Source of the DNA: Candidatus Omnitrophota bacterium
GTDB lineage: Bacteria > Omnitrophota > Gorgyraeia > Gorgyraeales > Gorgyraeaceae
Assembly (NCBI GenBank): GCA_018824145.1
Contig: JAHJHC010000032.1
Coordinates: 5,330 to 69,329, forward strand
Reading direction: 5' to 3'
Length of the DNA stretch: 64,000 bases
Shown here: piece by piece, positions 22,901 to 37,900 of the stretch
Layout: the number at the start of each line of letters is the position of its first letter
How positions within the stretch are numbered: position 1 is the stretch's first letter
The notes under the pieces: generated by a model
What the model was told of the DNA's origin: nothing
Database searches by the model: none
Seen by the model: the letters and a program-made list of their open reading frames with translations, nothing else
Made by a program: the position numbers and the translations under genes

Positions 22901-25900
22901 ATCGTCGGATTTGAAGTAGCATTTTTTATACGGATCTGACATGCATTGCTCTTCATGTCAGGGATCTTGCCGTGAACATCCCAATTTGCTACACTCCAGG
23001 TCTTATTATCACCATCACCGCAGGCAGTTCCTCCTGCACCATTAATGCTCAATAACCACTGGTTACCGTCATAAAAATCTATCCATACAGTGGATATAGC
23101 ACCATAGGCATTCCATGTTATAAGTCTTCCTGTATCCTTTACATTCCAGTCCACGCCTGGTGTCTGAACACTAATCTTGCCTCTTATAGTAACATCAGCG
23201 CCTGATGTAGATGCTACATCATCATAATCAGTCTCGTTATAATCCTTTACCCTGATCCTTGCGATCGTACTGAGAGGTGTATCTCTCTGTATATCCCAGT
23301 CATAGAATCCCTTTGCAACAGGAGAAGTATCTTTATCAAACGCTATTTCATTATCAGCCTGCGTCTGGCCTATAATAAGATACTCGTCCCCGCCAAATGC
23401 ACCTGAAGGCGATATCTCGATCTTGACAAATGCAATATTTCCATGCTGGACATCCCATCTGATCCTCTTATCCTGATCAGTTATGTACCAGGTCGGCTGC
23501 TGCAGGTCAGGATCTGTTATCTTAACTTTTCCTTTTATCTTGAATGGCGGAGATTCGGAATCTATATCCGCATTATTCTTATCCTGGCATTTTATCTTGT
23601 AGCTGGTGCCTATAAACTCAGGCGGAGACCAGCTTGTAATATGCTCTGTCTCTGCACCGACAAAATCTATTACTCCATTTGTCCCAAGGTCAGTCATGAG
23701 GTCCCAGCTGTCTCCATCCCATAAGTATAGTTTCACGCCTTCTATATTTCCGTATCTTTTGAATTTAATGTTCTTGGCAATACCTGCTTCATATACATTG
23801 TACCCTTCGGTCCCATCATCAGGCCATAGCATCTCTACAGAACCCCTTGTCGTAAACTGGTCTGATAGAATTGCCAAAGTGTATGTCTCACGGTCTTTAT
23901 CCACGACCTTTATCTCTGCTGTAGGTGAAAGCACTACCTCTTCGTCAATATACCAGCCCCATGTCCCGTTTAATCCGTCTCCACCATGTGAAGGTACGGT
24001 CTCAGCATCGTTAAGTAAATCCCATGCAGTCTGGTCGTCTGGCCTATAATATATATTCACATTCGGGAAAGTGCCCCATTTCTGCCATTCAATAGTCTCT
24101 GTATCATTAGCTTCCCATGAATCATTGCTGTCAGGTTGCAAAACCTTACATTTTGGGGCAATAGTAAAGTTAGCTGCAGATATTCCTTGAGCAGCAGAAT
24201 TATCCGGGTCTGTAATTTTAATCTTACAAAGCTGTGACATAACTGTCGCAGGAGATGTCCAGGAGTAGCTTTCGTTATTAGAGACAAGGGTAGTTGTATC
24301 TGCTTCAAGATTATTAACTATGTTATACCAATTAGTGCCGTTCGTTGTGTATTGCATCAATACATCGCTTATCAATGTCCCTGTCTTAGCCCAGGTAACT
24401 ATCGCAGCCCTGTTAGAGACAACAACTGTATCTTCCGGGTCAACAGCAGTAACAGCTATAGTCTCGAATTTTCCTGCGATATGGAATGTTACAGAGTTAT
24501 ATTGAGTCAGAGGTCCTCTATCAGTATCATTATCCTGTAGTCTTATCTGGGCGCTTTCTGTAACATTATCTCCGACAGTGCCGCTCCCTTCAGGGTCTTC
24601 AAATGTCCATGGGCTTGAATTCGCGGCTATAGTAGTAATGTAGTTGAAGCCGGCCCCGTCATCATAATCTGCATAAACATCTAACTGGGTAATTTCTGTT
24701 CCAAAAGCTGACCATATTACCTGACGGCTGTCATCTCCGATAAACCAGTCAGCATCCAGTGAAGGAGATGCACCGTATTGTATTCTACCAAGCATCCTGA
24801 ATGCAGATGAATCTGCGTATATCTTATCCTGGAAATCTGTATCTGCGTCTCTTACCCGTACTATCGCAGAATCAAAACTCAAGGCAGCTGGAGCAGTAAT
24901 AGTATTGCATATTTCATGGGTAGTTACAGCCCCGCCTGTATTAAGCGCTGTATCAGGTGTCCCGCCTGTTGCAGTGTATAGAATCTGAACTTCACTTATA
25001 AGGCCTGGAGTAGCTATGTCATTCTCTGTCCAGGTCACTGTCTGACTCCCTAATCCTGCTCTCCATATAGGAGGATTAGAGCCTTCATCTCCTGTTGAAG
25101 GTGTAATCGTTACGCCTGTTATAGTAGGATATACACTAAATGTGCCTTGAGATTCGCCTGATACAGTAGGTGAAGATTCTGCGTTTCGTACCCGTATCGT
25201 ACAGTTAATGCTTTTTACATCAGGTACCTGCGGTACGTTATAGGTCTCCTCATTACCGTCTCCGTTAGTTGATATCCCGCCTACAGCAAGGTCATGCTCT
25301 GCTGCGCCGTCATACAGATAGATATATACTGTCCCCATGGTGTCGCCGTATGTTGTGAATTTAACCTGTTTATCAGAATCCCCGGGATGCCAGTCCGTAG
25401 AAGGCAGATAATCAACCGTGGGGGTTTTAACTGCAATTTTTCCCCTGATTAATATAGCTGGAGATGCAGCAGTTATTACAGTCGGAAAGTCTGTCTCATT
25501 GTCATCTCTGACCTTAAATTTAGTTGTATCACTTAGCACTGCTGTCACAGGGACAGTCCAACTATAACTTCCGCTTCCTACAGGAGTTGCCACTCCATTA
25601 AATGCACTTACATTAAAAGGATTCAGGTTTGTATCTACTACATATTCATCTCCCGTAAAGTTCCCTGATGGTGAAGCTATGATTTCCACTTTACTTATCT
25701 CACCATGATTTACATCCCAGGATATGGTTTTATTTGTATCTGTTATGTTCCAGGTATCAGTCGAAGATGGGGCTGTTAATGTAAGTTGTCCTTTTACTCT
25801 AAAATTACCGCTTTCTACAAATGTTCCGTCTGCGCCTGATTTTTCATAATTCGTATCTTCCACCAGTATATTATAACTTATACTTAGCGGGGTCTCCGGG

Positions 25901-28900
25901 ACTATCCATGCTGATGCAAGTGACTGTTGTGTAGCTGCGGTAGTGGCAAACGTCCTATCAGCTGTAATCACGTTCGAGAAAGTTACCCCGTCTGTTGCGT
26001 ATTTCACATTAACAGCATTGATCCTTCCGTCTCTTTCCCAGGTTATCTGGGTCGAGGCTCTTCCTGTAAATCCATTAGCGAATGTAGCTGCAGAAGGTGT
26101 TATTATCCTTAACTGTCCCTTTACTATAAAGTCAAGGGATTCGTCAGTTACATATGTACCGAATGTAGAAGTGTCTTCTACTGTTATATATGAATCATCT
26201 CCTGCATCCACCCTTGTTATATAATCTCCTGTAGCTGGATTCGTCGGTATGGTCCAATCATATGAACCTTTGTTCGGAATAGTGTCATCTTCATCTGCAT
26301 CTCCATCACCATCATCATCTTCAGCTGCCATTGTAGAAACCAACTCTACATATCCTACACCACTATCTCTGGAATATAATATCTTTACGTTAGTTACAGG
26401 TCCAAAAACATCCCATGATATGGTATTTGCTGTTGCACCATCTGCTGTCCAAATCAACCCTTGAGTAGGAGCTGTAATAGCAATATTTCCACAAATCACA
26501 AATTCATTCGATAACTTTGCTGTCGACGGCTGGTCAGGTGTGCTTGACGTAATCCTGAATTTTATATCCTCTGCTGCCAAGTTCAATGGTAATAAATTAT
26601 CATGTGCCCCGACTCTATCCCAGGTATATGTGTTTTCATTAGCTACACCAGACCCGTGTTTATTATTGGCTATACCGCTCTTTATCAATAACCATTCACC
26701 GGATGCACCTGAATCTTTATTCCAGTATTCTAATTTCACTGCAGAAACATTATCACCTATGGTATTCCACCTGATTTGAATACTCGGAGTGGTTGATGCA
26801 ACATGGAATGTCTCTCCGCCTACAGGATACGCAAACGTAAATGAGGCAGTTATCTTAAATGCCTCAGATGTTGTAGTAGTTACGGATTCATAGTTACTGT
26901 CAGCATCCTGGAGCCTTATCTGTACATTATTCCCAATCTCATTAGGAACTCCATTCGGATCCCATGCTCCGCCAGCAGATGCTGGGTTGTAGCCTGCGCT
27001 TCCCTGGGTTGCGTCAACATTTGCCTTTAAAAGTACTTCGGGATCTCCGGTCCCATAACCGTCATAGTCTATATATATATCCACTGCGCTTATATCCCCG
27101 TCATAATGCCACTTGATCAGCTTATCAGTTGCACCTACCTGCCAGTTATGTGTATCATCAGGCTCATCTATGAATATCTCACCACAAACCTTGAAATTTG
27201 CAGGTATCATGGCATTTATATAATCATCAAAATTAGAATCTGCATCCCGGACTGCAATACGGCCTTGCAGGGTCCTTTCTGTCGGTACAGTTATTGTTGC
27301 GCAACTTCCTTGAGCAGTACTCCAATTATCCACTATCGGAGTATCAGTTTCAAAATTAAACCCTCCTGTTCCTGTAGATGAATAATATATATCTACTGTC
27401 GTAAGTTCAGCACTCGTCTCTGTCCACGTCACTGTCTGATCAGCTGCCTCAGCTATCCATACACCTGCTGTATTAGGCGGATCCGTCGGGGTTATTGCTA
27501 CATTTGATATAACTGGATATGTGCTGAATGTACCACCTGACTCGCCTTCTGCAGTCGGAGAAGATTCTGCATTCCTCACCCGAATCGTACAGTTATGGCT
27601 CTTTACATCAGGAACTGTAAATTCACCGCTGCCGCCAAATGTCTCTTCACTTCCATTGCCGTTCGTTGCTATACCGCTACCTCCATCTATCTGATGCTCT
27701 GCTACTCCGTCATATAAATAGACATATACTGTACTCATGGTATCGCCGTATGTTGTGAATTTTACCTGTTTATCTGTATCCCCTACGTTCCAGTCATCAC
27801 TGGGCAAATAATCTACTGTAGGTGTCTTTACTGTAATTTTACCTCTAATATACATTGCTACTGACGCTGCGCTTATTACATCAGCATAATCTGTCTCGTT
27901 CATATCCCTTACCTTGAATTTAGTAGTATCACTCAGGACCGCTGTAACTGGTATGGTCCACTGATAACTTCCGCTTCCTACAGGAGTTGCTGCTGCACTG
28001 AACGCACTTACGCTAAATGGATTCAAGTTTGTATCAACTACATATTCATCCCCTGTGAAATTACCTGATGGAGATGCAATAATCTTGACCTTACTTATCT
28101 CACCATGAGCTACATTCCAGGATATAGTCTTATTTGTATCTGTTATATTCCATGTAGTAGTTGATGATGGGGCTGTAAGTGTAAGCGCACCTTTTACTGT
28201 AAAAGGATTACTTAGTACATACGTTCCTGATGTGCCTGACTTTTCGTAATTCGTATCTTCGATGAGTATCTTATAGTCCGGGGTTAAAGGTGTCTCTGGA
28301 ATAATCCAATCTGAAGCAAGTGACTGTTGAGTAGCTGCAGTAGTCGCAAATATACGGTCACTGACTAATGAATTGGAGAAAGTTACTCCGTCTGTTGCGT
28401 ATTTTACATTTACTGCATTGATCCTTCCGTCTCTTTCCCATGTAACAGGGGTTGTTTCTCTTCCTACAAAACCATCAGCTAATGTGGCCACAGACGGCGC
28501 TATTATCCTTAACTGTCCTTTTACTATAAAGTCAAGGGATTCATGGCTGACATACTGTCCGAAGGTTGAAGCATCTTCTACCTTTATATATGAACTCTCA
28601 GATGCATCTACCCTTGTTATATAATCACCTAATGAAGGATCTGTTGGTATAGTCCACTGGTACGCTCCTTTATTTGCAGCTGCATCTCCTGCTTCAGCTG
28701 ACATTGACGAAACCAACTCTACATAATTTGACTTACTGTCTCTTGAATAAGCTATCTTTACATTAGTCACAGGTCCGTATACATTCCATGATACGGTATT
28801 AGCTGTTGTGCCGTCTGCAACCAATGTCAATCCCTGGGTAGGAGCAGTAACTGCGATATTTCCGCAGATTACAAATTCATTCGATACCTTTGCTGTTGAA

Positions 28901-31900
28901 GGTTGCAGTGGAGTACTCGACGTAATCCTGAACTTTATATCTTCTGCAGCCAGATTCAGAGGCAGCAGATTATCATGCGCACCAACTGTATCCCATGTAT
29001 ATGTATTTTCATTAGCAACTCCTGAGCCGTGTTTATTATTGGCAACTCCATTCTTTATCAACAGCCATTCACCTGATGTCCCTGAATCCTTATTCCAGTA
29101 TTCGAGTTTTACTGCAGAAACACTATCACCTATAGTATTCCATTTAATTACAAAGGATGGCGTCAATGAAGTAACATGAAACTCCTCACTGCCTACAGGA
29201 TACGCAAATGTAAATGAGGCTGTTATTTTAAATGCCTCTGATGTAGTAGTAGTTGCATCATCATAATTATCATTGGCATCTTGGATCCTTATCTGTACAT
29301 TATTCCCGACTTCATTAGGAACACCAGCCGGATCCCATGCCCCACCAGCAGATGCTGGATTATATCCTGCTACTCCGTCATCTACGTCAACATTGGCTTT
29401 TAAGAGCACCTCACTTGTTCCGGTGCCATAACCGTCATAATCTATATATATATCTACAGCACTTACATCTCCGTCATAATGCCACTTGATCAGCTTATCA
29501 GTTGCACCTACCTGCCAATTATGTGTATCATCAGGCTCGTCTATATATATCTTACCAGCTACCCTGAAGTCTGTCTGCATCATGGCATTTACATCATCAT
29601 CAAAGTTGGAATCTGCATCCCGGACCGCGATACGTCCCTGCAGGGTCCTTGTTGAAGGTACTGTTATTGTGGCGCAGCTTCCTTGAGCAGTAGACCAATC
29701 ATCCATTATCGGCGTATCTGTCCCAAAGTTAAAACCTCCTGAACCTGTTGAACTATAGTAAATATCTACTGTATCAACCTGTGCGCTTGTATCCGTCCAT
29801 GTAACTTCCTGGTTAGTAGCACCTGTTATCCATACGTTTGCTACATCCGGTGGATCTGTAGGAGTTATTGCGACATTTGATAAAACAGGGTATGCGCTGA
29901 ATGCACCTGATTCTCCTTCTACATCAGCATCGACTCTTATCACTGTATCCCTTACCCTGACTGTACAGGCATTGCTCTTTACATCAGGAACTGACGACGG
30001 TAGAGTAAAGTCCTGCGGGTTGCCATTACCTGCTGTTGCTACACCGCCGCTGTCTAATTGATGCTCGACTCCGTCATCACCGTCATAGAGAAATACATAT
30101 ACAGTGCCTAAAGCACTTCCATAGGCAGAGAATTTTACTATCTTACCTGTATCTCCGACTTTCCAGTCAACGAACGGAGAGTAATCTACTGTAGGTGTCT
30201 GGACTAGAATATTAGCCCTCATATCCATGGCAGCTGAGGCATTGCTCTTTATATCTGTAAAACTTGCATTGTCATGCACTACCTTGAATTTTATGGTATC
30301 CACAAGGGGTGTACTAATAGGGATAGTCCAAGGATAGTTTCCGCTTCCTACCTTTGAAGGCAATAAACCTGTATTGAACGCCTCTACATTGAATGGATTA
30401 AGGCCTGTCACAACATCATATTCGTCTCCTGAGAAATTTCCGGAAGGAGACGCAATTATTTTTACATAATCCAATTGCCCGTGGTCTACCTCCCAGGATA
30501 TGGTCTTTTCCTCTGTTATCCTCCATGTAGCTGTAGCTGTAGGGGCAGTAAGGGTAAGTGCGCCTTTGATCCTGAAAGCATCACTTGGGACAAATGTTCC
30601 GTCTGTGCCTGACTTTTCATAATTTGCGTCTTCAATCAGTAATATATACTCGTCAGTTACCGGGGTCTCCGGTACCTGCCATTGGCTCGCTGTGGATTGT
30701 TGTGTAGAATTTATAGTCGCAAATGTGCGGTCTTGAGCTATTACATTGGAATAATTATCAACACCATTATTTGTAGAGTATTTTACGTTTACTGCATAGA
30801 TACGTCCGTCTCTTTCCCATGTTATAGTATTGGAACTCGCACAGTTTAAACCTGCCGAAAGCGCGCCTACAGTAGGTGCTATCAGCCTTAATTGACCTTT
30901 TACCATAAAGTCAAGAGATTCATCTGTGGCATATGTATCAAACGGAGCTACTGCATCAGATACCTTTATAAGTGAACCATGAGCGGCATCTACTCTGGTA
31001 ATAAAGTCGCCTTGTGCTGGGTCTGTTGGGATAGTCCATTGATATGCGCCTTTATTTGCTGCTGCATCTCCTGCTTCTCCTGACTGCTCAGTGAGCTCCA
31101 CATAAGATTCACTTACGTCTCTGGTGTAGAATACCTTTACGTTGCCCACAGGTCCGAAAACATTCCATGACACTGTATTAGCTGTTGTACCATCCGCAAC
31201 CCACGTTACACCTTGTGTAGGGGCAGTAACTTCTATATCTCCGCATAGCACAATAGTAGCTGATTCCAATTCTGTATCTGGCTGGTTCGGAGTTACGGCT
31301 GTAATCCTGAATTTAACATTTGTCGCAGCAAGGTTTACTGGAAGCGGCCCTGTTGAATCAGCATCCCATGTATAACTATTTTCAGTGTCTCCCCAGCTAT
31401 TGTTGGCAAGGCTGGGTTCTATGGGAGTCCATCCATTAACATTATGGAAATACTCGAGTTTCACTGCGGTTATATTCGTACCGCTGGTCTTCCATTTTAT
31501 GAGGTACCCAGTAGGATCTGTATCATCATCAATGTGATGAACTTCTCCTACTGCAGCGGGTTTTGTAAACTCAAATCCGCCAAGTATAGGGAAAGGATCT
31601 GATGTATCAGTTGTTACAGTATATGCATCAACATCATCTATTTTAATCTTTACATTGTTTCCAACATAATCACCTATACCTTCGTCAGTCGGATCTCCGG
31701 GATCTTCCCATGTCCAGCTATTATACCCGCTTGAACACGCAATCGTAGTAAGTGTCTCATCCATAGTGCCATCACCATTATAGTCAGCATAAATCTTTGC
31801 ATCCCCTATAGTACCTTTAACATTCCATTCAATCAGACGGGTCGTATCCCCTACTGTCCAGTCCAAACACGTGTCATCAGGCTTAGAAATAACGATCTCA

Positions 31901-34900
31901 CCTATGACGTCAAATGGATTTGATTCTCCATAGACAATGCCAGTATAATCTACAGGAGAAGTCTGGGCATCCTCTATACGAATATTCGCGCTGTTTGTAA
32001 GGGTTGCAGGAAGCACTACAGTGGAGGTATATGATAAACTGGCTGGAGGAATACCTGTCTTATCTATATTAGATGCAAGGGTCTTTGGATATCCTGCGCC
32101 TGAATTACCATCTTCCAGAATTATATTAATGTTCGTGGTCGGAGCAGCTATTGCACTCCATTCAATAAGATTACTATTACTTTCAGCTATCCACGCCTGT
32201 GAAGGTGTAGTAACTGTTATTTTTGGCTTTAATGTAAAAAAGGTTGTTTCTACATCGATATCATTATTCTGGTTCGATATAACACGGATCTTACATTGCT
32301 CACTTCTCTGCTGTTGTTTTGTATCTGCAGCATGCCATAAATAAGTATTGGTGCCTGACTTAAGGCCTGCTGGATTATTATCATGTCCGTCATATGCATT
32401 ATCGATCGTAGTGTATCCTGTACCTTCAACATAAAGTTCGATCTTTACAGTTGACATAATACCAGTTGCTTCCCAAGTAACATTATGGTCTTCTCCAACA
32501 TACCATGTCCCAGGTGTAGTGATCGAGGTAAGGTCTCCTTTAATAATAAATGTATCACTTTCATCCTGCAGTTCATATGGAGCGCCCAGGCCATCATAAT
32601 TTATTGCAGTGGTACGGATCTTACACAAGTTATAAATCTTATCGGGGACTGTCCAGCTTAGAGTAACTCCAGTTTCACCGGATGCTCCTGGAGTCCGTGA
32701 ATCAGGAAGGCCTGATCCTCCTGCATTGTCCAGCCAGTCACTTCCGTCCCATAATTCAAATTTAAGATTCCCTGTATCTCCGTACTTCTTCCATTTTACT
32801 GTAACACTGTCTCCAACAGTCATCTCCTGATCCAACACAGGCTGCATCATCTCTAATTGGCCGACAACAATATTTGCCTCACCTACAGCAGTTTCTGCAT
32901 ACACATCCTGTCCATCAAGGGCATCTTCAACTCGGAAAAGCACCTTATTGTCCATAGCTGGATTTGTTATATCAGAATCTATAGCAGTATAATCTGTAGA
33001 AGTTACGCCTCCTGCTAAATCACTGCCGATCTGTGTCCACTGTGTATCACCGATATTCTTATAAAATGCCTTTAAATTAGTAAAACTACCGACATTCGAC
33101 CAATTAATAGTATGTACTCCTGATCCTATTGTTATGGTCTCATTCTTTGTACTGGGATCCCCAGGCGGCTGGTCAAATAAAATATTTCCTTTAAAGGCAT
33201 GTGTAGGAGAACCAGCCATTATAGGCCCGAATATATCAAATTCGTGGTTCATCTCTCCTACTCTGATCTTCACTTCAGGCGCAGTACTTTCAGGGATATT
33301 AACAGTATAAGGCGTCCCAGGGACATTTGTGCAATAATCAGGGGCAATTTCAGTGGCTCCGGAGAATGCTACCCATGAACCATCAGGATAACTTGCTCCT
33401 GAGTTTGTATTATACATAATCTTTACATTCCCTACGTCACCCTTTACATTCCACTCTATGTCTCCTGTACTCAAGACATTGTATCCCTGATTAGTTAGAG
33501 GGCTGTCAATAACGATTTTACCTCCTATACTAAAAGTCGGAGATATAGAAACAACATCCGTATCTTCATATTTCACCTGCTCATCATCTTCTTCCACTCT
33601 TACCAGCTTGATCTTCGCATTATTATGCGCAACAGTATTAGTCTCAGGGATCGTCCATAAAGAACCACTGGCTGTAGACGCCCATGTTGGCTGTTCATAC
33701 CAATTGGTTCCATCAGGTGTAGAATAGAGTCTCACCCAGCCAATTAAACCTGTTGTGGTCCAGGTAATGGCTTTACTTTGTTCTATAATCCACAGGTCGC
33801 CGATACCAGGCGGAGTCCCTATAAAAATCCTTGGTTTTATCTCAAAGTCATACAGAGATTCATCTGATACAGAGGTATCATTATGGTCTCTTACACGCAC
33901 TCCGGCCTTATCAGTTGTAATTGTCTGCCTGTCATTCTCAGCAGGTATACTCCATGAGTAAGGTGAAGATCCTCCTCCGATTTGCGATGCAATCGTAAAA
34001 TCTGTATAATCATTATTCCCGCTATCTGTATCTAAGAGTATATCTACTTCAGCTATACCACCTGTAACAGTCCATGTAATAGTCGGAGCGCCTGTAGCAG
34101 GCGGCTGTGAAAATCCGTCAACAAACCATAACTCTATATTCTGGTCATCCATGCCAGGTGAACCTAAATACACAGCACCTTTTACTACAAAATTACTCTG
34201 AGAGTTCGCAAAGACATAGGTACCGTCATTATTATCATAAATCTTTACTCTATATGTTATACCAGCTGTGGCAGGAACCTGCATTGAATGATGGCAAATA
34301 TTGCTTCCATCTTCATTTTTGTCATGAGCAACAGTAGCTACAGGTATATCATATAAAGTGCCTGAATCATCATCATAGTATATTTCGCATGTACCTAAGT
34401 CCCCCTTATATCTCCACTGCACATCTATATCCGCGCCACCCACATAATATACCTCGCCACCGTTAGGCGCTTCCATCCAATGGTTCTTTTCGCCTCCTGA
34501 TATTGCGTAAAGTTTACCTTTAATATGGAAGTCAATATCCGTAGCATGCTTTACACTGGTCTCGTCTGCGTCTTCTATCTTTATCTCATTACCGGAAGTA
34601 GTACACTTATTTGCAGGGACTGTCCAATCGTAATAGCTGTTACCACTTGCCGGTAAAGTAGTTATAGGCGTCCCAACATTTCCTAAACCATCTTCCCATG
34701 TTACACCATCCGGCGCATAATATAATTTTAAATCACCAAGGTCATACCCGCCCGTCTTACCCACGTTGTCATTAACTACCCACTCGATCCTGAAGGTCTC
34801 TTCAGCGATCAATGCATCAGCATTTATATTGCTTGCATCCGGGCTAGTTATCTCTAACTTGCCTAGTACAGTCAGTTCTGAAGATTCCTTATATACATCA

Positions 34901-37900
34901 GTCGCATGGGCAACGCTCTCAACCCTTATACGTATATCATTGTCAGGAGGAGTAACTTGCTTGGTAACAGGGCAATCTATCTTCGGCCATGAAAACGAAT
35001 CTACATTTGATATACCACTCGCTATAGTACCACCCCAACCCCCAGTTCCTCCCTCTGTATCATATTTTACATTCACAGTCTGTACACCGTTTGTTCCTGT
35101 GCCTCCGCCTTCTGTCTCCCATGTAATATTATAGTTAGTAGTTCCTACATAAACAGTTCCAGTAGATGGAGAAAGATTGACAAACCTTGCCTTGATAGTA
35201 AGTTTATCTGCAACAGATATAGATTCTATGCGATCATCGTCTTTTGCCCTGATTTTTATCCTTATCTGTGAATTCAAACCATTGTCTCCAACCTTAAAAA
35301 CAGTATCATCATCTGGTATAGTCCATGTATATGACTCATCAGTTGCAGTAACTACACCTGGAGTATCAACAATAGCATTAGTGTAGTTATCAGAACCATT
35401 ATTCTTTGAATAATAAATATAAATGTCTCCTATGCCTGAACCTTCTGCATCCCAGATAATAGCATTCTGGGCCCCGCATTCCCAATCAGGGCTCACAGCA
35501 GGAGAGCCGGCATTCTGCGGAGGTGTTGTAAGCTCCAGACTCCCAAGGATAGCAAAGTTATTTAGTGATGCGTCACTTACATCATCTTCATCTCCTACCT
35601 TAACAGAATACACCTTTATCTTACATTGCTGGCTTACAATGCCCGGAAGATTCTCAATGGTCCAAGTGTAATAAGACTCATCCTCATATGTAGTATCATA
35701 ATTATTTTCAGAAGGGATGGAGCCGCCTAGTAAGGCATCATAGTCAGTGCCGCCATTTGTCGAGTATGCTATCATTACATCTCCAAAATCAAAATCAACA
35801 GGCTTCCACCTTATATCCATTGTCTCGCCTATTGTCTTCACTATACCTGTAGCATCAGGATAGCTCAGCTTGATCTGGGGTTTTACAGCAAAATCAGCTG
35901 TCCCTGTATTTGATTCACCAGCAGTCCCTGTAACCAGATCTTCATCTCCCTGTAAGGCCACCATTATCATATCGTTTGCCCCTTCATGCACAGGAAGGAC
36001 TGTCCAGTTGAATGTTCCAGCTGTGATGTCAGTTGTATCAGGCGTGGTCAGTTCGTAAGTATAGTTGCTTCCGCTGTTCTTTGAGAGCATTATCTTGGCC
36101 CATCCGGTTATAGATCCGTTCACATCCCAGGTTATAGCAGTTGTCTCACTTGTGTCAGAGATCTTAACAAAATTTGTAGTCGGAGCTGTAACTACTATAG
36201 ATCCTTTTATCTTGAATGCAGGGCTTTCATGATATATATTCGTCAGACTGTAGTCCTGGACCTTTACATAGACTTCATTATCCAGGTCATTAGGGATAGT
36301 CCATGCATATTTTAAATCAGTTGAAGGCTTATCTACTCCAGGGGCTATTTCAGCGTAGCCACCAGCCCCTTTCTTATAAAACACCTTTACCTTATCATCA
36401 GTTGTGCTCCCCTTTAAAGTCCACTCTATATCCCTCTGGGTTCCATATCTCCACACATCATTAAGTTCCGGCTTTGTAATTGTAACTACCTGCTCTATTG
36501 TGAAGACAGCAGCTGATTCATCATCAATATCACTAGGATATGCAGCACTCTCTATTCTGATCATGGCTTGTGTAGATTCCGGAGCTGGAACAGGATCCCA
36601 TGTCCAAAAACACTGGTTCGAATATGTAGTATTATAATTATTCGCCACATCGATCCCGACTCCGCCGTTTAACTTTTCCCATGTACCTCCAGTATTCCTT
36701 GAAATGGATATATATACCTTATTATTACCAACAGGCCCTACATCACCTTCGTATTCCCATATAATGTCATGGGAAGTACCCACCTGCCATGAAGGCGCGC
36801 CACCATCATGCTGAATAAGGGTCACGGTAGCGTCTATGTCAAAAACAAGGTCAGATTCATCCTCTACTCCTGTAAGCTCAGCCTGTGAACTCTCTATCTT
36901 GACCATGGCTTCATCACTTATAGGCAACTCCGGAGTCCACTGGTAATAGGATTGGTTCGTATAGGTAGTATTGTAATTTAGATTCGCTGCTACTTCATCT
37001 ATATACTCCCATGCAACACCGCTATTCCTTGATACGTAGAGTTTCACATTGGTCGTGGACAGGTTGCTTGTATTTGACCATACAATATGTCCGTTATCAC
37101 CTGTGGTACTGCCTGTAATCCATCTCTCATCTCCACCCATAGGCTCTACAAGTGTTATTGAACCTTGTTCTATAGTGATGCTGGCGCTTTCGCCGTATAC
37201 AGTCGAATCCGCTATGTCAGACTGGACTACCTTTATCTTGGCGTAATCATCCTGAGCAGGCTGGACAAGACTAAAAGGTATATCCCAATCATATGAACTC
37301 CCAGTGCCGGATGCCCCTGCAGGCTCATCCAATTTAATAGGCGTGTTATATGATAAGCCGTCATTATTTGAATAAAATATATTTACCGTGCCATCAGTAA
37401 TGCCTGTACCGAAATGTCCATGTTTCATCCAGGAAATAGTCTTATCCTGCTCACCAAGATACCAGGTTGTAGGAGAAGTAGGAGTTACACTGGTTATACG
37501 GCCTCTTAATGTAAACGGCTGAGATATAGTTTGTACAGTTGTATTCGGGGAATCAGGGTCATAATTTGAAGTTATCTTAATGACACAATTCGTGCCGATT
37601 AAGTTCTCTCCGTCTATTGCAGCAGGTATTGTCCAGGGAAAAGTGCCGCTTCCGCCGTCGCCTGCTCCGGTACCGACACTGGTAGTAGTGCTTAACGGCG
37701 TACTAAGGTAAGTCTGTCCTCCGTCAATAGAAAGCTTTATTGTAACAGTTGTCGTACTTAAAGTATCCAGGTGCCCCAAATAGTCCCACGTAATATCCTG
37801 CTGTTCCCCTATCCTCCAGGTATTTGGCGGCTGGTCAATAGTCAAAACTCCTTTTATAATAAAATCCTCATTGGATATATCAATGTTTCTTGCTGACATA

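Noticed and set aside
17400-32200. Highly regular direct repeats that could be mistaken for a CRISPR array or a satellite.
   Set aside because: The period is about 2.3 kb and lies entirely in frame within a coding sequence. There are no short 25-50-bp repeat-spacer units and no cas genes.
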